NCBI GenBank assembly: GCA_937625935.1
Contig: OW569348.1
Location: forward strand, 62,001 to 126,000
Direction of reading: 5' to 3'
Source: Tetramitus jugosus
Taxonomy: Eukaryota; Protista; Heterolobosea
Length of the DNA: 64,000 nt
Each line of letters starts with the position of its first letter. Position 1 is the stretch's first letter. Positions 48,205 through 59,960 of this stretch are shown piece by piece. A model generated the notes under the pieces. The model was not told where the DNA came from. It saw only the letters and a list, made by a program, of their open reading frames with translations, and searched no databases. The position numbers and the translations under genes were made by a program.

Positions 48205-50755
48205 TTATTTGCCCATGGGCAGAGGAACGGTAACATGCTTTCGGTAACCTTCTGAATTACTAATAACAGCCCACTCCAGTCTGAATACACTCCAGCTGCA
48301 TCTTCTCATTAATTCAATACTTCCAAATATAATTTTCAAAAAGTCTTTTCGCTCTTCGAAGAATGTACTGATTGTTCCAGCCCATGCGAAACGTGCCACA
48401 AAGTTCACAACTGAGACTATCAAATACACGTAATTTGCAAAGAATCTTCGGTCTCGCAATCTTGGCTTAAATGTGTTCTTCCATGAAATCTTTTGTTTCT
48501 TCTTTCTCTTCGTCGAAGTTTTCTTGTTTGCAATGTTTGGATAGGTGATTGGTTGAGTTATCTCAACAGCCGAATTCGGAGAGTTGTCAGATGAACTGTT
48601 CGTTGATAAAAGTCGAGATGTTTCGGTTGCTTCCAATGACGAGCCCGTGGTCTTGACACTTTCAGTAGCTTGACTCTTGGACTTGGAGGGTCTTCCATAA
48701 TTTAGCAATCCCCAATCCATTTGAATGTCCCATGAATAGGAGAAAAGAGTAGAGAAGACAACTGCCACTAACCAAATCCATCGAATAGGACCCCACGCCT
48801 TCTCCTCCTCCAAATTCACATGCAAAGTATTGAGAATAATCACGGTGATTGCACTCGCGTACTTCAATGCGTTCATCAAATGAGAGGTAACACGAGTTTC
48901 ATAATACTTCTTCAAACATTGACCCAATCGCCATGCATACGGCAAAAATGTCAAGCAAGGACCAGCATATCGATTAATCTTGTGACACTTGTTGTTGTTA
49001 TCGTATGGATTGTTGAACCAGGTGTTGGAGAAGAAGAAGCAGAACATGTACATTGTGTCCGTTATAGGAATGACCATACTTGTGAGAATATCAGCCACAA
49101 AGCACTCACGAAAATCAGCACGTCCAAACGGTGTCAACAACAAATTTCCCATCACTTTCAGCAAAGTGAGTCGAGAATTCAAATGGAATGCATGGAATGG
49201 GAAAAGAACTATGAGAATCAATGTGAGAGCAAGAGCCAGAGGATAGTACTTGGCATCAATCGGTATCAGATTGATACTTCCTTTTGCAGCACCCAGATAC
49301 AAGAAGAAATAAAACACCCAGATCACAGTTAAAACAGAAGCAGTCTAAAAGGTTCCATTCGTGTGAATAATTCAAGCTTCACTTGACTAACATGTACTTC
49401 AACAAAAGCATATATACATAAATACAAATAAAAACACGTACCTTAAACATTCGAATGTGGTTCAAACTCGTTGTCGGATCGAACTCAAAAATAAATACGT
49501 GATTGATCCGCCTACGACGGAAGATGTACAGATTGACTCCCCAGAGCCAAGTGTACAGAATGTAGAGCAATGTACCTCTAAACACTGGGAACACTGCAAA
49601 GAATCCTTGGATACTAGTTGTGGCAGGACTCTTCAACCACATGACAATAATCATAACAACAATGGGCACGATGACTCCCACTGTAAATGCAAACTTGAAC
49701 GTGTCACTGTGGCTGTGCTTGTCATGTGGTTCACGCAATTGACTCATGGCAGCCTGATGGTCATTTGCACTAAACACCAGAGCATAGAGATTCTCAGTGC
49801 TCTCCATCAACTCTTTCACAAGTGAACTATCACAGAACAGAGGAGCAGAACAAAACTCATCATGCAACACATTGTACAGTGATGATCCCACAGGTAAATA
49901 GGTTTCCATCACAGATGCAGTGTCCAACACAGGTATGCACTCTGAAAACTTGCGAACAATGTGACTAATGGCCAATCGATTCACATGCAAAAACGAATAC
50001 AGAAACTCACTACAACAACAATACACACAATATAAAATCACATGTATCATAAACACACACACATATTGTTTTGTCAACAAAGTCCATTCAACAATCAACA
50101 AACATATACATCAATTGAAGTAAATCATATCATATCCATACAGTCTTCGATAGAGTGCAACCATGTCATTCTCCAGTGCATTTCTCGCTCTACTCTTCAA
50201 CTCTCGCTTCATTTGCCAATTCTCCTCTCTTGCTCTATGCTCCAATTGTTTCAACACTTGTTCATTCTCCAATATACTCTCATTGTAGAAATCGTGAACT
50301 GTTTGAACATCGCTGTACAACATGTCAAAGAATGTTTGTGCACATTGATGAATCTCCCAATAGTCACTATCATCATCACCTATAGTCGTAACTGCAGTTA
50401 TACTAGTCGTAGGAACAGTCACAATAGTACTTGATTGCTCTTGTTGTTGTTGTTGTTGTTGTTGAGAAAAGTGAAGTGATTTGATCATGTTCAATAAATC
50501 AACAAGGATACGTTGAACAGCATCATCGTTCAGAGAAGAATGATTCATGACTTCATTTTCATTGCCATATAGCATGTTGTTGTTGTTGTTGTTAACATGA
50601 TGATTGTCCACATGATGAGAATGTGTTCTGGAGGCATTCACGAGCAATTGTTTGAGAGATTGCACTTGTTTTCGCAATTCCTTGTACGACACATAGTAAT
50701 CCTTCCATTTTGGTTTCAAAGAGGAATGATAATCAAAATATTGAGAAAATGTCAT
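48205..50755 (-). CDS. SPX-EXS phosphate exporter (XPR1/PHO1/SYG1 family); introns 50010-50141 and 49345-49441
   Basis: N-terminal W...Y..YK.L.K SPX; INHVFIFEF; F.ADILTS; WRLGQC; HLMNALKY; WDIQMDWGL; ELMRR..W..FRLE. Confidence 0.9.
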
Positions 50756-50990
50756 TTTCCAATCAGAATAAGTCTGTCAGACACCCTTACACGTTTAACT
50801 AGAGAGACACGTTGGAATACAACAACCGTTATATGTTGTGATGATGAGGGGCAGCAGATGAAAAGATGGCTTCGGGTGACAGAAGTGTTGCGTGTTTTTT
50901 CAGTTTTGGCGCGGCGATGAAACAGCGGAATAATATCCAATCGGGAGATTGAGATATTTACGGTATATCTTACGTGTGGAAGAAAATAAA

Positions 50991-53195
50991 ATGAATCATA
51001 GTTTCCAACAATCAGGCCAACAACTCATTGGAAATGCAGCCAATGGACTGAAATCCTTCTCCATTCAAGTCAAGTTTCCTACTCCTTTTGAAGTAGAACC
51101 TATTGTCCATGTGACAATGTGTGGTGATGGTTTCTTTGATGATGCTTGTGTAACGACTGTGCACTCCAGTGACAAGAATGGATTCTCAGTTTCGATTACA
51201 AGAGTCTTTGATGAAATTCAAAGTGTTCATTGGACACAGGACTTGAGTATATTCTGGATTGCAAGAGCTATGGATGAGATGAATGGACGTATGATGTTCT
51301 GCGATGTCGAAGAGAATGAGGAAACTGTGCTTCTTGAGATACCTATCGAATCAAATCTCTATGCCGAGCATGAATCTCTACCCCGAGTAATGGTATCTCC
51401 CTATGCTAGGAATGAATTTGAGGTCCCTTACGCTGTGTTGCAAGTGAGAGAGATTCGACGTGATAGAATTATAGTGTCCACTAGGCTCTTACAGTGTCCT
51501 CAAAAGAACTTTGAGATCAATTATAGCTTCTTTCACCACAATCAACCAACCATTAAAGGAAAGTCCAACATTGTCCTCCTAGGGGATGTAGTTACGGAGA
51601 ACGAGATCACTAAGAGAACGGTGAGATTTTCCACTGCTTTCCCAGTTCCTCCTCATATCATCGCAATTCCAGTTTGTGATCCCCACTATCTATCTAGCCA
51701 GATTGTTGTTGTTAATGTTCAGAATGTGACGCCATCCTCGTTTACAGTAATTATTAGAAAGATGCAGAGATCGGAGTCAAACCACAAGTTATATCTACAC
51801 TACTACGCACAGATTCCACTCGAATATGAGAATGCCATTGATACTTCAGAACTGTTCACATCGATTACCAGCTCGTGGAGTCGCCCAAGTCTTGCTATTC
51901 GAACCATTTCACCTTCCAAGAATTCATTGTTGCAAGAACAATCAACAGCATCTTTCGCTCTCGATTCATCAGAAATTGAAAATTCGAAGATGTTAGAAGA
52001 ATTGGGAATCTTTCTGGAAGATCAAAACATCCCAGATGTTGAGATCAACCTTGGAGAGGATCATGAGGGAGTGGAGAAAAATAGAGAAGAAACGGCTACC
52101 TTCAATGATATCACTCTTCAAGAGGTCATTCATTCTCCCATTATTCGAGAGTTAGAGTACTATCCCTCCCCAATTAGCAATCAGGTGACCTACAAATATG
52201 TGACTACTACCGTCACAACACTCCCACCAACAAAAGAGATAGATTTTGTAAATGGGACGTTAAACTTAGAAGTCGCTCTCTCCGAAACTTGCGAACCTGA
52301 TGAATGTGTGGAATCAACAACACAAGATGAAAGACAAGAAGAGAATGACAACCAAAATTTTAGAAAATTGATTGATACCATTGCTGAAGGAAACGCACCA
52401 CAAGTGTCGAGAATAGTTGAGCTTTCAGATATGAAAGAGATCCTAGCAGACGAATATACTCCTGAACATCCAACGCCTTCCAACGATACTTCAGAAACTT
52501 ATGATTCTTTTCAGAATCATACGTCATCTCTTGAAGAGACTACAGTCCCTAATCAAACAACTCCTGTGAAAAGCTCCCGGAATTCTAGCCTCTTCTCCTC
52601 ACCTAGATCCGAAGAGAGGCGTTGTAGACACGTCGATCTGATATTTTCATCACCCAGAGGAACCCCAAGCGGAACACCACCAATTAGTTCTCCAGTCAGA
52701 TCAATTATTACTCGATTAAGAGCTGAAACCTTCGGTTCTAATCAGGTAGAGATAGTGAGAGAGTACATGGGCAGTAACATAATTCTCTTAACTGGAACAC
52801 GAATGATAGATATCCTTCAAGCAATATCTCTGGAGAGTAATCGATTCTTAATCCTCGGTATAATCATTGATTCGAACAACTACCTAATTGATGGTTTTGA
52901 TATTACCCGAATTCTGAAACTCTTCGTGCTTGCATCAAGGAAGAGAGAGGTGTTGAACAAGATCTTTTCAAATTCCAAGATTACACCAACAAGATTGAAC
53001 TGTGGCTCATCAGTTACACAAATTCTCCAGCAAATACCACTAGAATCTCATAAACTGGAAGTTCTACAGTTGATGGCTGACTGTGTTTCCGAAAAAACGA
53101 ACTTGTCCTTGAGTGGAATATATTCACAATTCACTATCAAGGCAAATGCATTGAAAGCTCAGATAATTCTTGAAAGGAAAGATTTTGAACTCTAG
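50991..53195 (+). CDS. Protein with N-terminal H-type-lectin-like repeats, Ser/Thr-rich linker and C-terminal DUF4476-like helical repeats
   Basis: VKFPTPFEVEPIV...NGFSV...WIA and VRFSTAFPVPPHI...NVTPSSFTV...YYA repeats; C-terminal L.AETF...V.I...T...I.IL..I..ES.R pattern. Confidence 0.55.
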   Translation: MNHSFQQSGQQLIGNAANGLKSFSIQVKFPTPFEVEPIVHVTMCGDGFFDDACVTTVHSSDKNGFSVSITRVFDEIQSVHWTQDLSIFWIARAMDEMNGRMMFCDVEENEETVLLEIPIESNLYAEHESLPRVMVSPYARNEFEVPYAVLQVREIRRDRIIVSTRLLQCPQKNFEINYSFFHHNQPTIKGKSNIVLLGDVVTENEITKRTVRFSTAFPVPPHIIAIPVCDPHYLSSQIVVVNVQNVTPSSFTVIIRKMQRSESNHKLYLHYYAQIPLEYENAIDTSELFTSITSSWSRPSLAIRTISPSKNSLLQEQSTASFALDSSEIENSKMLEELGIFLEDQNIPDVEINLGEDHEGVEKNREETATFNDITLQEVIHSPIIRELEYYPSPISNQVTYKYVTTTVTTLPPTKEIDFVNGTLNLEVALSETCEPDECVESTTQDERQEENDNQNFRKLIDTIAEGNAPQVSRIVELSDMKEILADEYTPEHPTPSNDTSETYDSFQNHTSSLEETTVPNQTTPVKSSRNSSLFSSPRSEERRCRHVDLIFSSPRGTPSGTPPISSPVRSIITRLRAETFGSNQVEIVREYMGSNIILLTGTRMIDILQAISLESNRFLILGIIIDSNNYLIDGFDITRILKLFVLASRKREVLNKIFSNSKITPTRLNCGSSVTQILQQIPLESHKLEVLQLMADCVSEKTNLSLSGIYSQFTIKANALKAQIILERKDFEL

Positions 53196-53587
53196 AACCT
53201 TCAATCAACCAGGTATTCCTTCAAAACTAATTCAATAAAAACCTGCAGGATCGAAAAACACAGAAATATCTAAAACCAAGAAAAGACAAAAACCAGTTAT
53301 GAGATGATGGGAATGTAGTGTCTTGAGCATAGAAAAAATATTCTTCCTTGCTCCATACTCTTCATTTCTGTCATCTCCTAACTTCACACATGTCGTTCCC
53401 ATTAACCCTGAATCAACCAAAAAGGTAAATTGCATCGCAGGCCAAAAGATAGTTTTCTCTCGTCAATCGGCCAATTCTCCTCTTGACACTTGACACCCGG
53501 CGACATTCACAAACTCCAACAAAAAAAACAAGAGAAGAACTCTGACTCGACAACACAAGCAACAAACAAGTAATCAACATCATCAAC

Positions 53588-55236
53588 ATGGGCTGTGGAC
53601 CAAGCAAGAGTGGAGACGGAAATGACTCGGGTAACAACCCAAACAACAACAATACCTCCAACAGCAACAATTCAAATAACAACAACAATAACAACAGTAG
53701 CAGTAGCAACAACAACAATAGTAGTGAAAATGAGGACAGTATGATAACAACAAACAAGGCAAATGGAAAGAAGGTTGTAAAAGTGTTGCTACTGGGTTCG
53801 GGAGACACTGGTAAAAGGTAAGCATCCACACATGATGAAAGAAGTTGGACAAACAACATTCGGGTGGTCGTGGTCCACCACTCTCTCTTTTTTTTTTTAT
53901 TCTTCTGCTTCTATTCGAATCAGATGTAGTGATTGATGACTGACACATTTGATGATGGCTTTTTTCGACAAAAAACAACAAACAACAACATCGTACGCCT
54001 CAATGTTGTTGTTCTCTTACTCTCTCTCTCTGAACGCAATAATAACAATCATAATAATAATAATAATAATAATAACAACAACAAACAACCCATAACATCA
54101 AAAACATAATCATAATAACATAACAGTACATGTTTCAAACAAATGAACATTATTCACAACGAGGGTTTCGATGAAAAGATCATCTCTGATTACAAGGACG
54201 CTGTTCGTGCCAGTGCACTCAAGGCAATGAAGTCACTCATTACGGCATGTCAGGACTTTGAATACCCCATTGATGAGAATTTGATATCGGCTGCAGAGAC
54301 GTTGGACGACTTGGGTGAAGAAGTCTATCTCAAGATTAACAAAGTGTGGAACACACAAATTGCACAGCACATCAAGACACTGTGGACAGATGAGTCCATT
54401 CGTAAGGCCTACGAGAGAAATAATGAATTTCAGGTATGTGTGTGTTTGTGTGATGATGATGATGATGATGACGATGGTTTTTATTTGTAGTTGTTGTTAC
54501 CTGGCGTTATTTTGTTGTTGTATGTTGCTACAACATGACGGTTATCATGGAAACAGAGCTCTGACACTTATTTTTTTTGGCGCCAAAAAATGAATTACAG
54601 TTGATTGAAAATGCAAAGTACTATTTTGAGCACATTGATCGTATCAGTGAAGAGGGATACAGGCCAACACCTGTCGATATTCTCTCCACGAGAACAAAGA
54701 CGGTTGGTGTCGTCGAAAAGAACATTACCATTGATGATCAATTGGAGTTTAAGCTCATTGATGTCGGTGGTCAGAGAAGTGAGAGAAGAAAGTGGTTCTC
54801 ACTGTTCAAGGGCATCACACTGGTTGTCTTCTTGGCTGCTGCCTCTGATTTTAACAAGTTGTGCTATGAGGATGACGAGACCAATCGAATGCTCGAAAAC
54901 TATACACTGTTCAAGGAAATTGTGAACAATCCATTGTTTGCTCAGACTCCGTTTGTCATTCTGTTCAACAAGATGGACATTTTCAAGGAGAAGCTACAGG
55001 CAGGTCAAAAGATTTCAGCAGCGTTCAGCGATTATGATGGATCGCAGAACACGGATGAAGCCATTGATTTCATCAAGGAAAAGTACAAGCATGCAAGAAG
55101 CAACTTTGTGCGAGTGGATTGCTTTGAGACAATGGCAACTGATACAGAAGAGTTGAGCAAGGTGTTTGATGAGATTAAGACGATCATTGCTGGCCTAATT
55201 ACTGCTTATGAAGCTAAAACGAACCAAACGCAATAG
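53588..55236 (+). CDS. Heterotrimeric G-protein alpha subunit; exons 53588-53817, 54127-54433, 54601-55236
   Basis: MGC lipidation start; KVLLLGSGDTGKST; RTKTVG; DVGGQRSERRKW; NKMD; TMATDT. Confidence 0.95.
54039..54085. repeat. (AAT)n/(AAC)n microsatellite in G-alpha intron 1
   Basis: aataataacaatcataataataataataataataataacaacaac. Confidence 0.8.
54452..54476. repeat. (GAT)n microsatellite in G-alpha intron 2
   Basis: gatgatgatgatgatgatgacgat. Confidence 0.8.
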
Positions 55237-55315
55237 GTTTTCGATCAATAGAGAGTGAGTTGTAGTTTATTTAATGCTTCTTGTTCTTGTTGTTGGTGTC
55301 GTTGTGTAAATGTGT

Positions 55316-55993
55316 TCATGTTTTGGGGATAGTGTCCAGGAAGAGTCCTTCACAGTTCGGAACAAGTGTTTTCATCAGATATACAATCAGTTGTTCAAAT
55401 CCCTCGCCAGTGTATGAACTGCATGTTAACAGTTTCAGTTTCGACCTGTTGTGAAGAGTATCTGAATTGATGAGATCGTCCCATCGCGTGGTTCTTAAGA
55501 AATCACCCACTGGAAAACAACAGGGAGCGTCCACCTTGTTCAACAACACCAAAATATATTTATCATCCCTTTGCATTCGATTGATTAAGTTCAACAATTC
55601 AATGCAAGATGCTGCCAGTTGAGACTTACTGGACATATCAACTACGTAAATGACCATTCGACAATCATTTGTATACTTGTGCCACCCAAGCAACATTCCT
55701 CCTCCAACTTCACGAATACGGATAGAGATAGGTGCCATTTTCTTGGGATACCTCGCAACTTGATCCCTATTGAGCAATGTGGGGCTGAGTATTGAGGCCA
55801 ATACTTGAGTACTGATGTTGATATCGTCCAAGTTGACACCAAAGGACGGAATCAAATCAAAATGATTCTTAGAAATGTCATTTCCTTTCACAAAGCTTTG
55901 TAGTTGTTTGACCAGAAAGGATTTCCCGGTGCTCTGTAAACCTAGTAAAACTATATCACAGCCATGTTGATTGTGTACTTGATTCTTGGACAT
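55316..55993 (-). CDS. ARL16: ARF-like small GTPase, ARL16-like
   Basis: LLGLQSTGKS; the G3 box reads REVGG, as in ARL16 (RELGG) rather than DxGG; IYVVDMS; LNKVD; CSSYTGEG. Confidence 0.75.
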   Translation of the reverse strand: MSKNQVHNQHGCDIVLLGLQSTGKSFLVKQLQSFVKGNDISKNHFDLIPSFGVNLDDINISTQVLASILSPTLLNRDQVARYPKKMAPISIRIREVGGGMLLGWHKYTNDCRMVIYVVDMSSKSQLAASCIELLNLINRMQRDDKYILVLLNKVDAPCCFPVGDFLRTTRWDDLINSDTLHNRSKLKLLTCSSYTGEGFEQLIVYLMKTLVPNCEGLFLDTIPKT

Positions 55994-56099
55994 TCACATA
56001 CACATGAAACACAGGAAGAAAAAAGTGTCTTCTCGACTACGAATTGTGCTTTATTTGTAGGGGTTTTTGCTGCAGTAGTTGGTGACTACGCGATACTCA

Positions 56100-57341
56100 T
56101 CAATACTCCAACAATTTCATCTGTTTGGCCGCCACGACACGATGTAGCTCATCGTGTTCTATTTCCTTATCATTCCAGTAACAGGAGAAGACGACCTTGA
56201 TGTCATGAGTGTTCTCCTTTCGATCGACCGGAACCTTTAGAGCTTCCTGGACAACGGTATCCCAAGAGGGAGTTTTTGCCAACAATTGAGCATCGAGATT
56301 AGATTTGCTGTAATCAATTTCTGGTGCTTTGACTGCAATGAATGACATTATGAAAGATCTCCACAGATGCAAGAGACTCTTTCTCTTGTCTTCAACAGAT
56401 TCCAACTGATCGAATATCTGTTGGAATGCTCTCGTGCCTGTTACACAGTGCAACACAAAAAAGTTCATTCCAGAGCCTGCATAGACTCTCAAGATTTGCT
56501 TCCAGATACTGTACAACTGTTTCTTCAAGTCCTCTTCACTCCATTCACCGGTTAGCAATGGAAGATTGTCATACTCTGCAATCAAATCCCTGCAGTGTTG
56601 TTCAATGTGACGAACACGACCAAGGAATCTGCTGTTTTGAAACCTTTGGTCGTTCAACACATCTTGAACTCTTTGTTCCCCTCTCAATCGATCCAATACT
56701 TGGTGAAGATCCCAATCATTGACGTTGATACTATTCCGATCCTTCTCTCTCTGAATGGCCAATGGTGCCTTCATGGGTTGATACACACTGGCTAGGAAGG
56801 CCAATCCTTCAACGACACACGACTCATTCATCACTTCCAATCCATAGCCCAACTGAATCATACCATGGAAAGCATGTTCAATAATACCGTCCATCATCTC
56901 TGGAAAGAACTTGGAGACGATAGCTTTGCAAACAGCCTTGTTCAATTCGTCTCTTCTGTCAAGTTGAGTGTGCTTCTTCTTGACATCTTCCTTGATGCCT
57001 TTCCATTCATTCTGGAAGAACAGTTTCAAATCTGTAAAATTTTCCTTATTGCCACAGAGAGTCTTCCACTTGAAACTGTGATCATTCATCTCCTGCAGTG
57101 TCACAGAGTAGTGAGGTGCATGTGTGGGTTGCAGTGCACTCTGAGCACAACAATTGTCATAGAATTGTTGAAGTCGATCACTGGAGGCACCGAGTTTGTA
57201 GAGAGCAATGAGACCGTGGCTGATATGGTTGGCCTTGAATCCGTCATAGATGATGTGCCAAACAGATGTATTGTTTCTGAGCAATTCTTCAAGCATCAGG
57301 GTAGCTTCCCTATCTGGAGTAAAACTCTTTTCTTTTTCCAT
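56100..57341 (-). CDS. Questin oxidase-like (DUF4243/AflY-type) oxidoreductase
   Basis: NHISHGLIALYKLGAS, HAFHGMIQLGYGLE, EGLA, FFVLHCVTG, HDIK. Confidence 0.8.
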   Translation of the reverse strand: MEKEKSFTPDREATLMLEELLRNNTSVWHIIYDGFKANHISHGLIALYKLGASSDRLQQFYDNCCAQSALQPTHAPHYSVTLQEMNDHSFKWKTLCGNKENFTDLKLFFQNEWKGIKEDVKKKHTQLDRRDELNKAVCKAIVSKFFPEMMDGIIEHAFHGMIQLGYGLEVMNESCVVEGLAFLASVYQPMKAPLAIQREKDRNSINVNDWDLHQVLDRLRGEQRVQDVLNDQRFQNSRFLGRVRHIEQHCRDLIAEYDNLPLLTGEWSEEDLKKQLYSIWKQILRVYAGSGMNFFVLHCVTGTRAFQQIFDQLESVEDKRKSLLHLWRSFIMSFIAVKAPEIDYSKSNLDAQLLAKTPSWDTVVQEALKVPVDRKENTHDIKVVFSCYWNDKEIEHDELHRVVAAKQMKLLEY

Positions 57342-57511
57342 TGCACTTGTTGTATTACTTCTTGTTCTTGTTGCTGGTTACTACTTTGTAAGTCTTCAAT
57401 CTTCCGGGGTAGTCTTTGAACGTGATCATTAAAACGTAACCACAATCAGATCAACTCATTTTTATACAACGAGTCTATTTTTGTTCATTTGATCTAAATG
57501 GAAGATTGTTT

Positions 57512-59960
57512 TTACCATTCCTTATACTCTACAACTGAACAATCTGGAGCCGAAATGGAGAATCCTAGGTATTTGGGTGGCACCATGCGACCTTGCTCGA
57601 GTCGCTGTTTTGTCATTGCCAAAAAGTAAGAAGCCCGCTCTTCGGTGGCTTGCTTGTCCAGATATTGATTGAACATCTCGACAGCCTTCTCCAAGTTCTT
57701 ATCAGAGAGAAGCAGTTTGACGCCTATTATCATTGATTCATACAGTTCGTTGCTTTGTTTTTGCTCCATCTCGTACATCCACTCATCAGATTGAAGGTCT
57801 TTGCTTCTGAGCAATTCATAGGCAATGATTGGCGCGGACTGTGGCTCATAGTTTACAATATCAATTGGACGGTACACGTAAGAATGGTAGATAGCAGACT
57901 CGGGTATTGAAGTATCAAACAAAACTCCACAACCCGTTGTCTTTGCGTACAATTGTAATTTCTTTGCTCGACTCTTACACTCGCCCAGAATTGAATAAAT
58001 TCTTTGGTTCTTCGTACCAGTGATCCCAACTTGAGCAGGTCCACTCGAAATTCCAATGCTCACCTTTGCATTTTCATCCACATCTCGAAGAGATTTCAGT
58101 AAAATTAATGCCGTCTTACATGCTTTTGAATGGTGATCAATGCAGTGGATAGTGGTGTTCCAAGACAGGATGTACTTGAAAGGATCAATGACCTGCATGT
58201 TTCCTCGACCAATGAAAGCAGAATTGCTCACCCTATCCAAATAGGAGGAACAAATGTTGGACGAGATATCTTCATCTCTATGACCATCAATCTCAATGGA
58301 CAGTACAGTAATTAGCTTCGATGAGAGTCCCATGTCGAACTTGTGTTTCTTTTTCTCTATTGATCCTACAGATGGATCACTGGAGTAATCGGTGACCTTG
58401 TTGCTTCTCTTTTGGTGAGATCTAGCAGTTGTGGAGTCAGTTTTATCGTCCTCTGCCTCTTCTCTTTCATCTTGATCCTTGCCAGGAAATAGAACTGACG
58501 CAGGAAGGTACATTTTATATTCTTTGAGCCACCTCACCATATCGTTAAAGGTACTGTATATGTGGTATAGTTCGAATACAGGAGAACTGAGCGCTTTCAC
58601 ACCCTCAAAATCCATCTCGGCAATTTTCTCGAACTCTCTCTTCAGGGTAATGAAAGGAATAGATAAGACATACCCACTTACGACACTCAACGTTATAGAC
58701 AACACCACGAGAAAGAGAGCAATTCCCAAGATGATAAATGTTGATTGATACATGCTCCACATGACATCTCTAACACTCACTACTAGAATCAGAGTCCACC
58801 TTATATTATCGAATCGAAAGGGAGTAATTGATACTACCAATCTCTTCCCGTCTACGTCAATGAGGCCAACCACCTCTTTGTTAATTGCAAGAGATCCACC
58901 AAGAAACTCCCTGATTTTGGTTGTGATAATTCCTACTCTCCCATCTTTAATGTCATACACTTTAACCCTTGAAGTAGAACTAACGATTTCATCAGATATA
59001 TAAGAAGAAGCAATCAGGTTTCCATTCTCTTCAGCAATAGTGATAAATCCGGATCCTGGAAGTTCCAAACGACTGAGAAAACCATTAAAATTTCTGAGTG
59101 ATGAATTGATTTTGGCAACTCCAATCCTCGTTCGAGTTCCATTCGTCATTCCATAAATTGGTTTGATGTAGTAAATAGATAAAAATTCTAATCACTTCAT
59201 TAGTACTTTAGGAATAACAACCAAACAAAGAGAAAAGTTACTTCATACCTGATTGAAGGGTCATATACACTTTTCCCCAAAGTCCTTCCTCTCCTTCAAT
59301 AGTCATACCGACTTGATACCAATCTCTGGAAAGGACATTATAATTAGGAAGCACTCGAACTGGCAAAGAGCTGTTGTATGTTCCCCTCTCAGGATCCGAG
59401 ACAGAATAAAAGTGCAGGTCAGGATCTCCCTCCAGTTGTTCATAAATTAGGTAGCTTATGGTTCCATTAGGATTCTCTGTTCTTTCAGTTCCATAGTAAA
59501 TAGATCGGGTTCCATTATCAGCAAATGCTACTGTACCCAGTGTTCTTTCAAATATTTTTGTTTTACCAAACAACACTGTCTGTACGTTGTCTGGGTTGAT
59601 TACCTCATTGTCCCAACCAAACAGTATTTCATTTACACAAACCCTATCGATATGCAATCTCTCTTGTACATATTCAGTTACACGATCCGTGTGACCTGAG
59701 AGCAAAAGAGCAGAAGTTTTGGCAATACTGGCTCGGCCAGAGAGAAACGAAGTTAACCAAATAAAGAAGCAAGCAAACACTACTTGCGTAAGGACAAGCG
59801 ATACGACAATGATCCGAATGGATAAGAATGAAGAAAGACACTTGTAAAAGCGATCACGTCGCGCATTATTTTCACCATTCTGAATGTCTTGCACATCTTC
59901 TTGAACCTTTGGAGTCGATTGAAGCACATCAACCTTCTCAGTGCGCTTTATCAACTTCAT
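57512..59960 (-). CDS. Receptor-type class III nucleotide cyclase-like protein (TM, Cache-like, TM, HAMP-like, cyclase), catalytic site degenerate; intron 59188-59248
   Basis: Two TM helices; RDWY...WGKVY Cache motif; LKEYKMYLP; IGISSG....G..G; YRPID; DEWMYEME. Confidence 0.8.

Noticed and set aside
50111-50113. In-frame TGA after the SPX exon as possible readthrough or selenocysteine
   Set aside because: It lies inside the intron 50010-50141, which restores the SPX frame
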